A stretch of DNA of 40,409 nt from a virus. Its lineage: Duplodnaviria > Caudoviricetes. Below, in pieces: positions 19,547 through 27,525 of this stretch. The DNA is taken from positions 1-40,409 of IMG/VR virus record IMGVR_UViG_3300014613_000045, one strand, 5' to 3'. Made by a program: the position numbers and the translations under genes. Below the pieces are notes generated by a model, which was not told the origin of the DNA, searched no databases, and saw only the letters and a list, made by a program, of their open reading frames with translations. Position 1 is the stretch's first letter. Every line of letters starts with the position of its first letter.

Positions 19547-19867
19547 TCGGTTGTGCCCGTCGCCGGGCGGTTAGTTTCTGGCCTCCGGATAATTCGCCAA
19601 AGTGCCGTGCAGCAGCTTGCCGCCATTCCGACGGCAGAAATCCTGAGCTGCCTGATCGGTTTGCGCGACGATCTCGGTAGCAGGTGAGTCCGCACAACAT
19701 CGGCTCATCTGGCAGATTTGCTCATCGGACAATCCGAGCGATTCCACTCCGTCTGCAGTGATCAGCACCGTACCACTAGGCTTCATGCTGACCACCATTT
19801 TCCGCTTTGCGTCTTTTCTCATCGTCTCATCTCCTCGGTTGTGCCCGGCTGGTGTCGCCGGGCGGTT
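19547..19867 (-). repeat. Two copies of an intergenic hairpin-plus-RBS leader (19547-19572 and 19835-19867)
   Basis: Minus strand AACCGCCCGGCGA..CGGGCACAACCGA followed by SD and ACGATG in front of two consecutive genes. Confidence 0.8.
19571..19822 (-). CDS. Hypothetical protein
   Basis: GAGGAG RBS. Confidence 0.6.
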   Translation of the reverse strand: MRKDAKRKMVVSMKPSGTVLITADGVESLGLSDEQICQMSRCCADSPATEIVAQTDQAAQDFCRRNGGKLLHGTLANYPEARN

Positions 19868-19877
19868 GGCGGGGTTG

Positions 19878-19949
19878 TCACCAATTCGCGATATTCATCT
19901 CGTTTTGCATCGTTCCGCCCCCCGTTTCGTTGTTTGTTGTTGTTCTCAT
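19878..19949 (-). CDS. Putative leaderless 23-aa peptide MRTTTNNETGGGTMQNEMNIANW
   Basis: ATG 6 nt after a -10 box; too short for the ORF track. Confidence 0.35.
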   Translation of the reverse strand: MRTTTNNETGGGTMQNEMNIANW

Positions 19950-19955
19950 GCGTGT

Positions 19956-19984
19956 AAAATACTACCTTTCTCGGAATCTGTCAA
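19956..19984 (-). promoter_or_regulatory. Leftward sigma70-type promoter
   Basis: TTGACA-17 nt-TATTTT on the minus strand. Confidence 0.7.
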
Positions 19985-20074
19985 GATAATATCCTACCTT
20001 TTTCTGAAGATTGTCAAAATAGTCGCAACGCCGGAAACCGTCACGACTTACAGCCTTCCGCTTGACAACCGCAC

Positions 20075-20103
20075 TTGACAAACGAAACGACCGACACTAC
20101 GAT
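20075..20103 (+). promoter_or_regulatory. Rightward sigma70-type promoter
   Basis: TTGACA-17 nt-TACGAT. Confidence 0.75.
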
Positions 20104-20109
20104 CACCCC

Positions 20110-20560
20110 GTGGTAAATATCAACACCAACTTAAAAATGCAAAACCCCCGGCTTTGGGGGTGGGTGTCGGTGGAAATCCGACAGGCCGTTGATAGCCTTC
20201 CACCCCATCCTTTCAGCCGGGGGTTTTCTGTTGTCGTACCCTCAGAGCACTCGGCAATCTCAGGACGTAAAACTCAAAGCACCGCATTTCGTCTTGTCTG
20301 CGGAAATCTCGGCCGAGTGAACGGCGCGGCTGCCATACCAACGGGAACTGGCAGTGGGGCCGAAGAGACGCTGCGCCTACGAACGCAGCGGTGGTGTTAC
20401 CGGGGAGCGACCTTACCAGCCTCCTCAGGACAGGCACAAAAAATTCCGGGCTCTTCGCACCGCAGAATCCCGGTGGCGTCCAGCCGAGTCTTGGCACCTT
20501 CGTTCTCTCTGTAGAGTCTATCTGGTGTTTGATTAGGGGCAAAAACCCTAGGACGCCGGA
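20110..20560 (+). ncRNA. Long structured non-coding leader upstream of the HNH gene
   Basis: Helices AAAACCCCCGGCT/AGCCGGGGGTTTT, TGTCGG/CCGACA, CACTCGGC/GCCGAGTG, CTGCCA/TGGCAG, CGCTGCG/CGCAGCG, GGCGTCC/GGACGCC, TAGGG/CCCTA; no convincing ORF. Confidence 0.5.
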
Positions 20561-20596
20561 CGCGGTGGTTGCGCGCAGATGAAGAGGAACATGACA

Positions 20597-20929
20597 ATGA
20601 AAAAGAAGACGAAGCAACAGAAACGACGTCGCAAGACGCCCCGTCCTGGCCTCAAACGATCGCAGGTCCACAATTATGCGGACTACCTAAAATCTCATCA
20701 TTGGCAGGTGATTCGCGAGCAGGCCCTGAAACGTGTTGGTTGTCGTTGTGAAGACTGTGAAACGACGGAAGGCGTACGCGTTTACCATCGTGAATATCAC
20801 TGGTTCAGCGAGCGACCGTCTGATCTTGAAGTGCTCTGCAACGATTGTCACGGACTGCGACACGAAGACCAGTACCTAATGGCAACGGGGATCAATCGCC
20901 GATACCAGCAAGTCATGGCCACGGTCTGA
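20597..20929 (+). CDS. Small HNH endonuclease with basic N-terminus
   Basis: YADYLKS..W..IR...L.R...RCEDC...YHREY...DLEVLCNDCH...H; GAGGA RBS. Confidence 0.85.
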   Translation: MKKKTKQQKRRRKTPRPGLKRSQVHNYADYLKSHHWQVIREQALKRVGCRCEDCETTEGVRVYHREYHWFSERPSDLEVLCNDCHGLRHEDQYLMATGINRRYQQVMATV

Positions 20930-20954
20930 CCAGGCAGACGGTAAAGGGCGTGGT

Positions 20955-21836
20955 CTACAGTTTCGGCAACACCTTCGCCGCGCTCATCCGTTGGAACGCA
21001 ATGGTCGGATCCAGGTAGCTCTTGATCGTCACGGCGACAGAGCGATGGCCCATGTGCTGTTGAGCAGCGTACTCTCCGGCTGCGGCGCAGACATGACTAG
21101 CAGATGAACGGCGGATGCAATGAAACTTCCGCAGGCGATCGAACGGCAGCCCGGCCGGGATCAGCACGTCTTTCTCAAACCGCACCCAGATTTGCCGGCG
21201 GCTGAACGGCCACGGGAAAAGCATCGGGTGATCGGGCATCGCGGCGACGGCGGCCAGCGTCTCGGGCGACAACTCATCGACCATTTCCGTATACGTCTTC
21301 GTCAGTTCGGCCGGTACGCGGAGCACACCACGTTCGTCGATCGCGGATCTTTGAACGGTGAGAAGCGAGTTGAGCCGGTGCCCCGTCTCCCACATCACCA
21401 GAATCAGCGCCAGCCAGTGCCGTCCGTCCCGCTGCGGATCGAACCGTGGAATCCTCGGAGCGGCCACACACGCCCGCTTGAGCCGCCTCATTTCATCTAC
21501 GGTCCAGGCGACCGGAACCCGCCGCGGCTCTGTCAGGCGGGGCACGTCGCCGTTGTCCGGAGCTCTGGTGACTGTCTTCCCGTCTCGGAAGGCGTCCCGC
21601 CAGAGAGTCAGCAGGGCCTGCCGTTTGGAGTTGACCGTTCGCGGTGCCCGGCCGCTGTCGTGTAGCCAGCGGAGGAACCGGAGCACGGTGTCGGGCAGCA
21701 GGTCATCGACAAGCGGCTCGCGCCCGAGGTGTGTGCCGAACAGGTTGACCGCGATCAGGTACTGCGCGATCGTTTTTGGGCCAGCGTTTTGGTGCCGCAG
21801 AGCGTAACGGTCGGTCAGAAAGTCTCGAAGGTCCAT
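20955..21836 (-). CDS. int: Tyrosine recombinase / phage integrase
   Basis: Catalytic residues R (ETGHR), K (LTKT), HxxR (FHCIRR), H (MGH), Y (KSY); N-terminal core-binding domain. Confidence 0.92.
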   Translation of the reverse strand: MDLRDFLTDRYALRHQNAGPKTIAQYLIAVNLFGTHLGREPLVDDLLPDTVLRFLRWLHDSGRAPRTVNSKRQALLTLWRDAFRDGKTVTRAPDNGDVPRLTEPRRVPVAWTVDEMRRLKRACVAAPRIPRFDPQRDGRHWLALILVMWETGHRLNSLLTVQRSAIDERGVLRVPAELTKTYTEMVDELSPETLAAVAAMPDHPMLFPWPFSRRQIWVRFEKDVLIPAGLPFDRLRKFHCIRRSSASHVCAAAGEYAAQQHMGHRSVAVTIKSYLDPTIAFQRMSAAKVLPKL

Positions 21837-22095
21837 GGCGCGACTCCGTGAGAGTGCGCCTCCGTGCAAATGTGATCCATCGTGATCAGACGCCGCAGTC
21901 TATCACGTATCGTCGGTCATTCGGTGAAAAAACGATCAGAACAAATGTGACTTGAAACATCCGGAAAGGATAACCCGGACGACAATCAGTAGGCACGGCA
22001 AATGTCTGTGCCTACAGACAGTGTACATTGAGGGCCCAAAGAATCAATGAGTTTTTGCACGAATCTGGGAAATTTCGGAAACCGTTCGGGAACGA

Positions 22096-22179
22096 GTCGA
22101 GGTGGCGAAATTGGCAACCGCGCTGGATTGAGGGTCCAGTGCCCGCAAGGGCTTGGGGGTTCAAATCCCCCCCTCGACA
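22096..22179 (+). tRNA. tRNA-Leu(GAG), no encoded CCA; candidate attP site
   Basis: Acceptor GTCGAGG/CCTCGAC, anticodon arm CTGGA-TTGAGGG-TCCAG, long variable arm GCCC-GCAA-GGGC, T arm GGGGG-TTCAAAT-CCCCC, discriminator A. Confidence 0.93.
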
Positions 22180-22361
22180 CTCGTGGAGGGGTCAAGGAAG
22201 TCAGTCAGCAGTCGTTCGACTTTTTCCAGCAGCCGAATGCAGAGGTAGTTTCCGTCGAAGACTCCATCGTGGGGGTCCGCCACTCGACCGGCCACATCGG
22301 CGGCGTCGATCAACAGCCGAATGGTTGCCTCTTGGCGATCACTGATTTTGGGGATCGGCAT
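22161..22361 (-). CDS. Small hypothetical protein overlapping the tRNA 3' end (antisense)
   Basis: AAAGGAA RBS before MPIPKISDRQ; 66 aa. Confidence 0.4.
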   Translation of the reverse strand: MPIPKISDRQEATIRLLIDAADVAGRVADPHDGVFDGNYLCIRLLEKVERLLTDFLDPSTSVEGGI

Positions 22362-22483
22362 TGGAAAGTTCCTTTTTGAAAGTGAACCAAACCCGGCAGC
22401 CGGCCCCAACCGCGAGGCGGGCAGCGGCGTTGATGACAGTCTTGAGCCGCTACTAACGACTGCCGGGATTTTAGCAAACGCAC

Positions 22484-22512
22484 TTGCAAAGTGCAACAGT
22501 AAAGTGTACTAT
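22484..22512 (+). promoter_or_regulatory. Promoter for a leaderless XRE regulator mRNA
   Basis: TTGCAA-17 nt-TACTAT, with ATG 6 nt downstream. Confidence 0.7.
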
Positions 22513-22518
22513 CGGAGC

Positions 22519-22782
22519 ATGAGCACCGTGTTGAACGACGCTGACGCAAAACGGCAAATCGCTTTTCACGTGAATCGGTTCCTGAAAAAGCGAGGATTTT
22601 CGCGATATTGGCTCGCGAAAGAGACCGGCGAATGGCAGAGCACAATCGCCAATGTTTGCAACGGCGAATGCGTCCCTGGTGCCGGTCTTCTCGCCCGAAT
22701 TGCGGATGCTCTCGAAACGACGACGGACGAACTTCTAAAGCCAATCCCAAAAACTTTGAGAAAAAGTCGGATTTCGGCTTGA
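22519..22782 (+). CDS. XRE-family helix-turn-helix regulator (Cro/CI-like)
   Basis: SRYWLAKETGEWQSTIANVCNG...P....L.RIADALETTTDELL. Confidence 0.85.
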   Translation: MSTVLNDADAKRQIAFHVNRFLKKRGFSRYWLAKETGEWQSTIANVCNGECVPGAGLLARIADALETTTDELLKPIPKTLRKSRISA

Positions 22783-22808
22783 CAGAACAATACAGTATTC
22801 TGTAGTAT
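22779..22808 (+). promoter_or_regulatory. Early rightward promoter with an overlapping inverted repeat (possible operator)
   Basis: TTGACA-18 nt-TAGTAT; TACAG-TATT-CTGTA inverted repeat overlapping spacer and -10. Confidence 0.6.
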
Positions 22809-22983
22809 TCCCCGTTGGTTGATTTAGTAGTCAATCAACGGAGTTGAAAACAAGACTGTTCTGCTGGCCTCTTCTGAGGCACCGGGACAACAACCGCTGA
22901 GGGAACGATGGCACCGGAGGCTATCGGTAATTCAGTGACACGGCGGTCACTCAACTCTGACTCACAATCCTCAGCGGGATTGC

Positions 22984-23022
22984 GGCGGGCGTCTGCGGTC
23001 GCAGGCGACCCGCCATTTTTGT
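22984..23022 (+). terminator. Intrinsic terminator / attenuator in the early leader
   Basis: GGCGGG-CGTCTGCG/CGCAGGCG-CCCGCC hairpin followed by ATTTTTGT. Confidence 0.55.
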
Positions 23023-23214
23023 GCAGTGAAATAACTCGCACAGCCGCTCCCCCGGAACGTAAGCCGGGGGAAGTCTCGGCACAGCCGAGAGTGTACGCGG
23101 CGAAACGTATGTCGCCGGCACTCCGCCAACTGACCGACGAAGTCCTGGTTAGCGGCCAGCCGTTGCAACGGTGCGGAACGGGCCGGCTGTGCGAGTTTAC
23201 TGGTGGCACCAGAG

Positions 23215-23284
23215 TCCCCCGTACGCCAATTGGAGAGCGGCCCGTATTCGCGGGTGTATGCCGGTTCGAGTCCGGCCGGGGGGT
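23215..23284 (+). ncRNA. tRNA-like RNA 1 with a non-canonical anticodon loop
   Basis: Acceptor TCCCCCG/CGGGGGG, D-loop with GG, stem GCCCG/CGGGT with a 6-nt loop, T arm GCCGG-TTCGAGT-CCGGC. Confidence 0.65.
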
Positions 23285-23321
23285 GGGCCGAGTCGACAGC
23301 CCCTCTGGTGCTACTTTGCAC

Positions 23322-23406
23322 GTCACCCGTATGCCAACCCGGAAGAGCAGCACGTGCCGTGAGAATCGGCCGTGTGTACTGTCGGTTCGAGTCCGACCGG
23401 GTGACA
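23322..23406 (+). ncRNA. tRNA-like RNA 2 with an extended, bulged anticodon arm
   Basis: Acceptor GTCACCCG/CGGGTGAC, D-loop with GG, arm GCACG-T-GCCG-TGAGAAT-CGGC-CGTGT, T arm GTCGG-TTCGAGT-CCGAC. Confidence 0.65.
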
Positions 23407-23470
23407 CTTTCCGCAGACTCCGCTACCCGCGAGGGCGCGGCGGTTCACACTAACCGAAAGGATGGCAGGG

Positions 23471-23857
23471 ATGCTCGTACTTACTCGCCGTGAGGATCAG
23501 AGGATTTTGGTCGGCGACGACATCGTGATCACGTTGGTAAGGCTAGGGAGTTATGCGGCACGCATCGGCATCGACGCGCCGCCTGACGTGGATATCCGGC
23601 GGGAAGAGGTGCCAGAATTGGAGCGTGACGATATTTACTCCGAGCGTATCGCCAAACTGAAAGAAGATGTCGCCCGGCTTCAGGCAATTCTCGACAATTG
23701 GATTCCGATGCCCCAAATCATGGGCGGCTGGGGGGAACCGGACGCGCCGGATGATGCTGTCGCGTTGATCCGCGAAGCGTGTGAAATTCGCGGTGTCGAT
23801 TTTTCGGAGCATCAACGGCTAGTTGCTGCCCAACTGCCAAGGGAGCAACCGCAATGA
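23471..23857 (+). CDS. csrA: CsrA/RsmA-family translational regulator with C-terminal extension
   Basis: MLVLTRREDQRILVGDDIVITLV......RIGIDAPPDVDIRREE is the CsrA signature. Confidence 0.88.
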   Translation: MLVLTRREDQRILVGDDIVITLVRLGSYAARIGIDAPPDVDIRREEVPELERDDIYSERIAKLKEDVARLQAILDNWIPMPQIMGGWGEPDAPDDAVALIREACEIRGVDFSEHQRLVAAQLPREQPQ

Positions 23858-24132
23858 GCGTGGCCGCGAATGTATCGCACCAATTTACCAAACTGAGAGA
23901 AGAGATCGTACGACTCGAGAGACGGACCAGGGCCGGGGCTAAGAGCGGCAATTATCAGGTGATCATCGAATACTGTTCTCTGTCGGACGCGATCGCGTAT
24001 GCCGAGCGGATGAAATCGTTCGATCCGCAGATCATCACCCCGGACGGGACGGTGTATTTCACACCTCGGCAGGAAATAGCTTTCGGAATCGAGATTGCGG
24101 AGAACGAACGGCGTGTCGGCGCGGGGATTTGA
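23854..24132 (+). CDS. Hypothetical protein
   Basis: ATGA coupling; GGGAG RBS. Confidence 0.6.
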   Translation: MSVAANVSHQFTKLREEIVRLERRTRAGAKSGNYQVIIEYCSLSDAIAYAERMKSFDPQIITPDGTVYFTPRQEIAFGIEIAENERRVGAGI

Positions 24133-24153
24133 CAACACGAAAGGATCGCAGGG

Positions 24154-24855
24154 ATGCCAGACTACACTGAACTGAAGGCAGAGGTTCTCACACGTTTCGC
24201 GGGCCACGACTACACACCGGGAGGGCCGTTGGTTTATGCGTGGCATGTTCATCATGGCATGTTGTGTGAACTCCTGAGCGAACCGATCGCGAACAGGATC
24301 GATTGGATCATCATCAACAAGCCGGCACGCGAGATTCCGATCCGTTGTGCATGGTTGTGGCCAGTCAAGGGAGCACTACCAGCCGAGTTGAACAAGGCAT
24401 GGATCGAGTGGGACAAGGCATCAGCCAAGTTGAACAAGGCATCAGCCAAGTTGAACAAGGCATGGATCGAGCAGAACAAGGCATGGATCGAGTGGGACAA
24501 GACATCGGCCGCGTTGAACAAGGCATCGTCCGAGTTGAACAAGGCATGGATCGAGCGGGACAAGGCATGGATCGAGCGGGACAAGGCATCAGCCAAGTTG
24601 AACAAGGCATCAGCCAAGTTGAACAAGGCATCAGCCAAGTTGAACAAGGCATCGGCCAAGTTGAGCAAGGCATCGGCCAAGTTGAGCAAGGCATGGATCG
24701 AGCAGAACAAGGCATCAGCCAAGTTGAGCAAGGCATCGGCCGAGTTGAACAAGGCATCGGCCGAGTGGAGCAAGGAACTTGAAGCTCTTCATGCGGCTGA
24801 GTTACCTGGCTGCCCGTGGAACGGAAAACAGTTGGTGTTCAAGGATGAAGAATGA
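24154..24855 (+). CDS. Heptad-repeat coiled-coil protein
   Basis: ~19 units of 21 bp encoding (L/W/Q/R)(N/D/S)KA(WIE/SAK/SAE); unique N- and C-termini. Confidence 0.75.
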   Translation: MPDYTELKAEVLTRFAGHDYTPGGPLVYAWHVHHGMLCELLSEPIANRIDWIIINKPAREIPIRCAWLWPVKGALPAELNKAWIEWDKASAKLNKASAKLNKAWIEQNKAWIEWDKTSAALNKASSELNKAWIERDKAWIERDKASAKLNKASAKLNKASAKLNKASAKLSKASAKLSKAWIEQNKASAKLSKASAELNKASAEWSKELEALHAAELPGCPWNGKQLVFKDEE

Positions 24856-24992
24856 TGCTCGTACTCAGCAGACGTGAAGGGCAGAGGATTTTGGTCGGCG
24901 ATGACATCGTGATCACGCTGGCACGACTCGGCACGGAGTCGGCACGTATCGGCATCGAGATTGCAGAAAACGAACAACGGAGGATCGGATAA
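24852..24992 (+). CDS. Second, truncated or chimeric CsrA homologue (46 aa)
   Basis: MMLVLSRREGQRILVGDDIVITLARLGTESARIGIEIAENEQRRIG; coupled to both neighbours; not in the ORF track. Confidence 0.75.
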   Translation: MMLVLSRREGQRILVGDDIVITLARLGTESARIGIEIAENEQRRIG

Positions 24993-25528
24993 TGCGAGAC
25001 AGCGTAAAAGTGGCCGTACCGGACGAACTTGCCAAGTGTTGCGATACGAAAAGTACGCGATACGCCCTCGGGTCCGTCCTGGTGACACCGAAGGCCGGAT
25101 GTGACGACGCTTGCTACGTCGCCGCGACGGACTGTCGTGGGCTGACGATCGTTGAATGCACGGGCACCGTGCCTGATGAAGTGCTGATTCCGGCGGTGAC
25201 ACGTTCGAGCGATGGGGAAATGCCAGGGGAATTCCCAGACGTGCAAAACTTCATTCCGGAAGCAACCACTCACAGCCATGTCACACTCGACTCACAGATC
25301 CTGCGACGCATCGCGAAAGCAATCGGGTCAGAAAACAGGCGAGTGACGCTGTTGTTCTTGGACGATCCCACCAAACCGGTGCTGCTGCTCGGCGAACACG
25401 GAATCGGCGTGCTGATGCCGGCATGGAACGAGGACGAGGGTAATCAGCGGCCTCGTTACAACGCGATCCGCAACTCATACATCCACTCGCGGGAGCAAGC
25501 AGCAGAGAAGAAGTCTAACGATGTTTGA
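24992..25528 (+). CDS. DNA polymerase III beta-clamp-like (partial-domain) protein
   Basis: TRYALGSV, AATDCRGL, GEFPDV..FIP, IGVLMP motifs. Confidence 0.55.
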   Translation: MRDSVKVAVPDELAKCCDTKSTRYALGSVLVTPKAGCDDACYVAATDCRGLTIVECTGTVPDEVLIPAVTRSSDGEMPGEFPDVQNFIPEATTHSHVTLDSQILRRIAKAIGSENRRVTLLFLDDPTKPVLLLGEHGIGVLMPAWNEDEGNQRPRYNAIRNSYIHSREQAAEKKSNDV

Positions 25529-25609
25529 CGCATGGACGTGGCAAGTCTGGTTGGCTGTGACCTGGGGGACGGTATTCACGTGGGGCTATCTGTTGTGGAA
25601 GGCAGAGCG

Positions 25610-26224
25610 ATGAGCGAAGCGACCGAACGAACAACCGCCACCATAGCAATCGGCAAGGACATCCAATATGCCAAGGTTTCCGCCCGGCTTAAGGAGTTTC
25701 ACGCCGACAATCAGTCTTGCTCCGTTGAAACGAGCGTCGAATTCAAAGAGGGGCACGTGTTGTTTGCCGCCAAAGTGACGTGCGGTCGCGGAGTATTCAC
25801 TGGTCACTCACTCGGTAAGACTGGTGCGGTCAAGCAATTCGAGAAACAGGAAACTATAGCGGTCGGGCGGGCGTTAGCGTTTGCCGGTTATCTCTCATCG
25901 GGCGAGATTGCCAGCTTTGAGGAGATGGTTGAAGCCGGGCCAACGATCCATGACAACCCGGCACCGCTGCCCGACGCGCCGAGCGTTCCGCCTCGCGGTG
26001 ATCGCGTCACGGCAGACGAATGCAAGCTGGTCTGGACGGCGTGGGGGGCGTTCCGCGAATCGACGGGATCACCGCACTCTGCCGCACAGTTCGCGGAATT
26101 TGTCGAGGGCGCGACCGGCATGGACCGCAGCCTTGTTTTGTCGGCAACGAACTGGACTCGCGCGAACATTGATGCGTGCTACCGTCGCATGAAAATGGAA
26201 AAGCCGCAGGAGCCGCCGGAATGA
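25610..26224 (+). CDS. Putative Rad52/Sak-like single-strand annealing protein
   Basis: Y.KV..RL.EF...ET.AVGRALA..G motif; adjacent to an exonuclease gene. Confidence 0.55.
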   Translation: MSEATERTTATIAIGKDIQYAKVSARLKEFHADNQSCSVETSVEFKEGHVLFAAKVTCGRGVFTGHSLGKTGAVKQFEKQETIAVGRALAFAGYLSSGEIASFEEMVEAGPTIHDNPAPLPDAPSVPPRGDRVTADECKLVWTAWGAFRESTGSPHSAAQFAEFVEGATGMDRSLVLSATNWTRANIDACYRRMKMEKPQEPPE

Positions 26225-27249
26225 CTGACCTATTCACCGAACCTGAAATGACCATCCTCGACCGCTCTACGCTTGAAGCGTGGGCGACGTGTCCCTTCGC
26301 CGCGGCTGGTCGTGAGGCTGGGCTCGTCACGAGCGTCGGCCTGATCGCCAGGGCCGGCGAGGAAGTCCACCAGGCCATCGGGCGGACGTTGCGCTCCTAC
26401 CTTGACTCGGACGGCATGTTGAGCCTCAGCGACCTCGTACACATAGCCGGGATCGAAATTCGCAGTTCACAACCGGACGTCCAGCCGGAAGCGGTCAAGG
26501 CTTTCCGGGCAAGTATGTGGGCGTTCATACGATACGTCACCGGCTTGCACTTTGTAAATATCCTGCGGTTTGACGGCGGGGAGGGCAAGCGATCCGGGCA
26601 ACTGGCGTGGGACGTCGAGAGCCTTGGTGTGCGCGTCACGTCTGAAGTTGACCTGCTACACGCGACTCCGAGCAAGGCGCTGCTGTCAGAGGTGGACTGG
26701 AAGTCCGGCTGGAAATGCTGGACCGCAGAGGCCGTGCGGGACAGTTTTCAGTTCCAGCTACACGCTTGGCTGATCTTCAACAACTATCCGGACGTGGAAG
26801 GTGTGCAGGTCACGATCTGGAACTTGCGGACGAACCGGCGGGCGTGGCCGGTCGAGTTTGAACGGCGTGACCTACAGGCGATCAACACACGCATGCTATC
26901 GGCAATCGAGCAGTGGGGTCGATACCACGGCAAGCCGCTGGACGACGTGCCGACGTGGCCGGCGCGCGAGAAGTGTCCTATATGCGACACGGCGGCGATC
27001 TGCCCGGCAGCGGACGGTGACATCGTTGACCTGCGAACCGATCCCGGTCACTTCGTCGACGTCATGCATGCGGTCGAGTGCCGGTTCAACGCGATGAAGA
27101 AACTTGCGGCCGCCTATGTGACAGAGAACGGAGACATCATGTCTCCGAGCGGCATGGCGTTCGGTCCCGGCAAACCGAAGGCGGATCGGAAGCCGCCCAA
27201 CTCACTATATCAAACCAAACAGGAGACCACGGATGATGACGACGCCTGA
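26221..27249 (+). CDS. PD-(D/E)XK exonuclease (RecB/Cas4-like, four Cys)
   Basis: S.L..W..CP, G..VH..I, EVDL, DWKSG, FQLHA, C..C.....CP. Confidence 0.85.
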   Translation: MTDLFTEPEMTILDRSTLEAWATCPFAAAGREAGLVTSVGLIARAGEEVHQAIGRTLRSYLDSDGMLSLSDLVHIAGIEIRSSQPDVQPEAVKAFRASMWAFIRYVTGLHFVNILRFDGGEGKRSGQLAWDVESLGVRVTSEVDLLHATPSKALLSEVDWKSGWKCWTAEAVRDSFQFQLHAWLIFNNYPDVEGVQVTIWNLRTNRRAWPVEFERRDLQAINTRMLSAIEQWGRYHGKPLDDVPTWPAREKCPICDTAAICPAADGDIVDLRTDPGHFVDVMHAVECRFNAMKKLAAAYVTENGDIMSPSGMAFGPGKPKADRKPPNSLYQTKQETTDDDDA

Positions 27250-27511
27250 AATCTGGACCATCCAGCGCACCGCAATCCACGCTGCGGAGTACATCAGTTT
27301 TCGCGACGAGGAAGGCAGGCTCTGCAACCTTCAACCGGCTATTGATCGCGAACGAATATTCCTAGGTCCATTCGGTAGCGAAATGGAAGTGAGCCGCGAG
27401 CAAGTCGTCCCGCTCATCTACAACCTGAGTAACTGGATGAAATACGGGACGCTGAGTCCAGTAGAGGAAGAGGAACCAAACAAAGCAGTGGAGAGCGCCT
27501 CAGCGGAGTAG
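27233..27511 (+). CDS. Hypothetical protein
   Basis: AGGAG RBS; operon position. Confidence 0.6.
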   Translation: MMTTPEIWTIQRTAIHAAEYISFRDEEGRLCNLQPAIDRERIFLGPFGSEMEVSREQVVPLIYNLSNWMKYGTLSPVEEEEPNKAVESASAE

Positions 27512-27525
27512 CCGAGGCGTACTGT

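Noticed and set aside
20062-20671. ORFs 20062-20514 (+) and 20213-20671 (-)
   Set aside because: The first starts within promoter hexamers without an RBS; both cross the structured region and lack protein-like features
20110-20929. IscB/HEARO (OMEGA) element or group I intron
   Set aside because: The ORF is only ~110 aa with no RuvC or PLMP motifs; no interrupted host gene or recognisable intron core was seen
22835-23493. Long ORFs 22908-23453 (+), 22835-23407 (-) and neighbours
   Set aside because: No recognisable motifs; they run through a terminator and tRNA-like structures, so a non-coding reading fits better
24252-24782. Alternative-frame and antisense ORFs over the 21-bp repeat (likewise over 27637-28224)
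   Set aside because: Shadow ORFs of stop-free repeats; only one frame has an RBS and coupling to neighbours
26221-27249. Cas4 as an adaptation gene for the RAMP module
   Set aside because: It sits beside a putative annealing protein as a typical phage recombination pair, ~1.8 kb from the arrays; nothing links it to them
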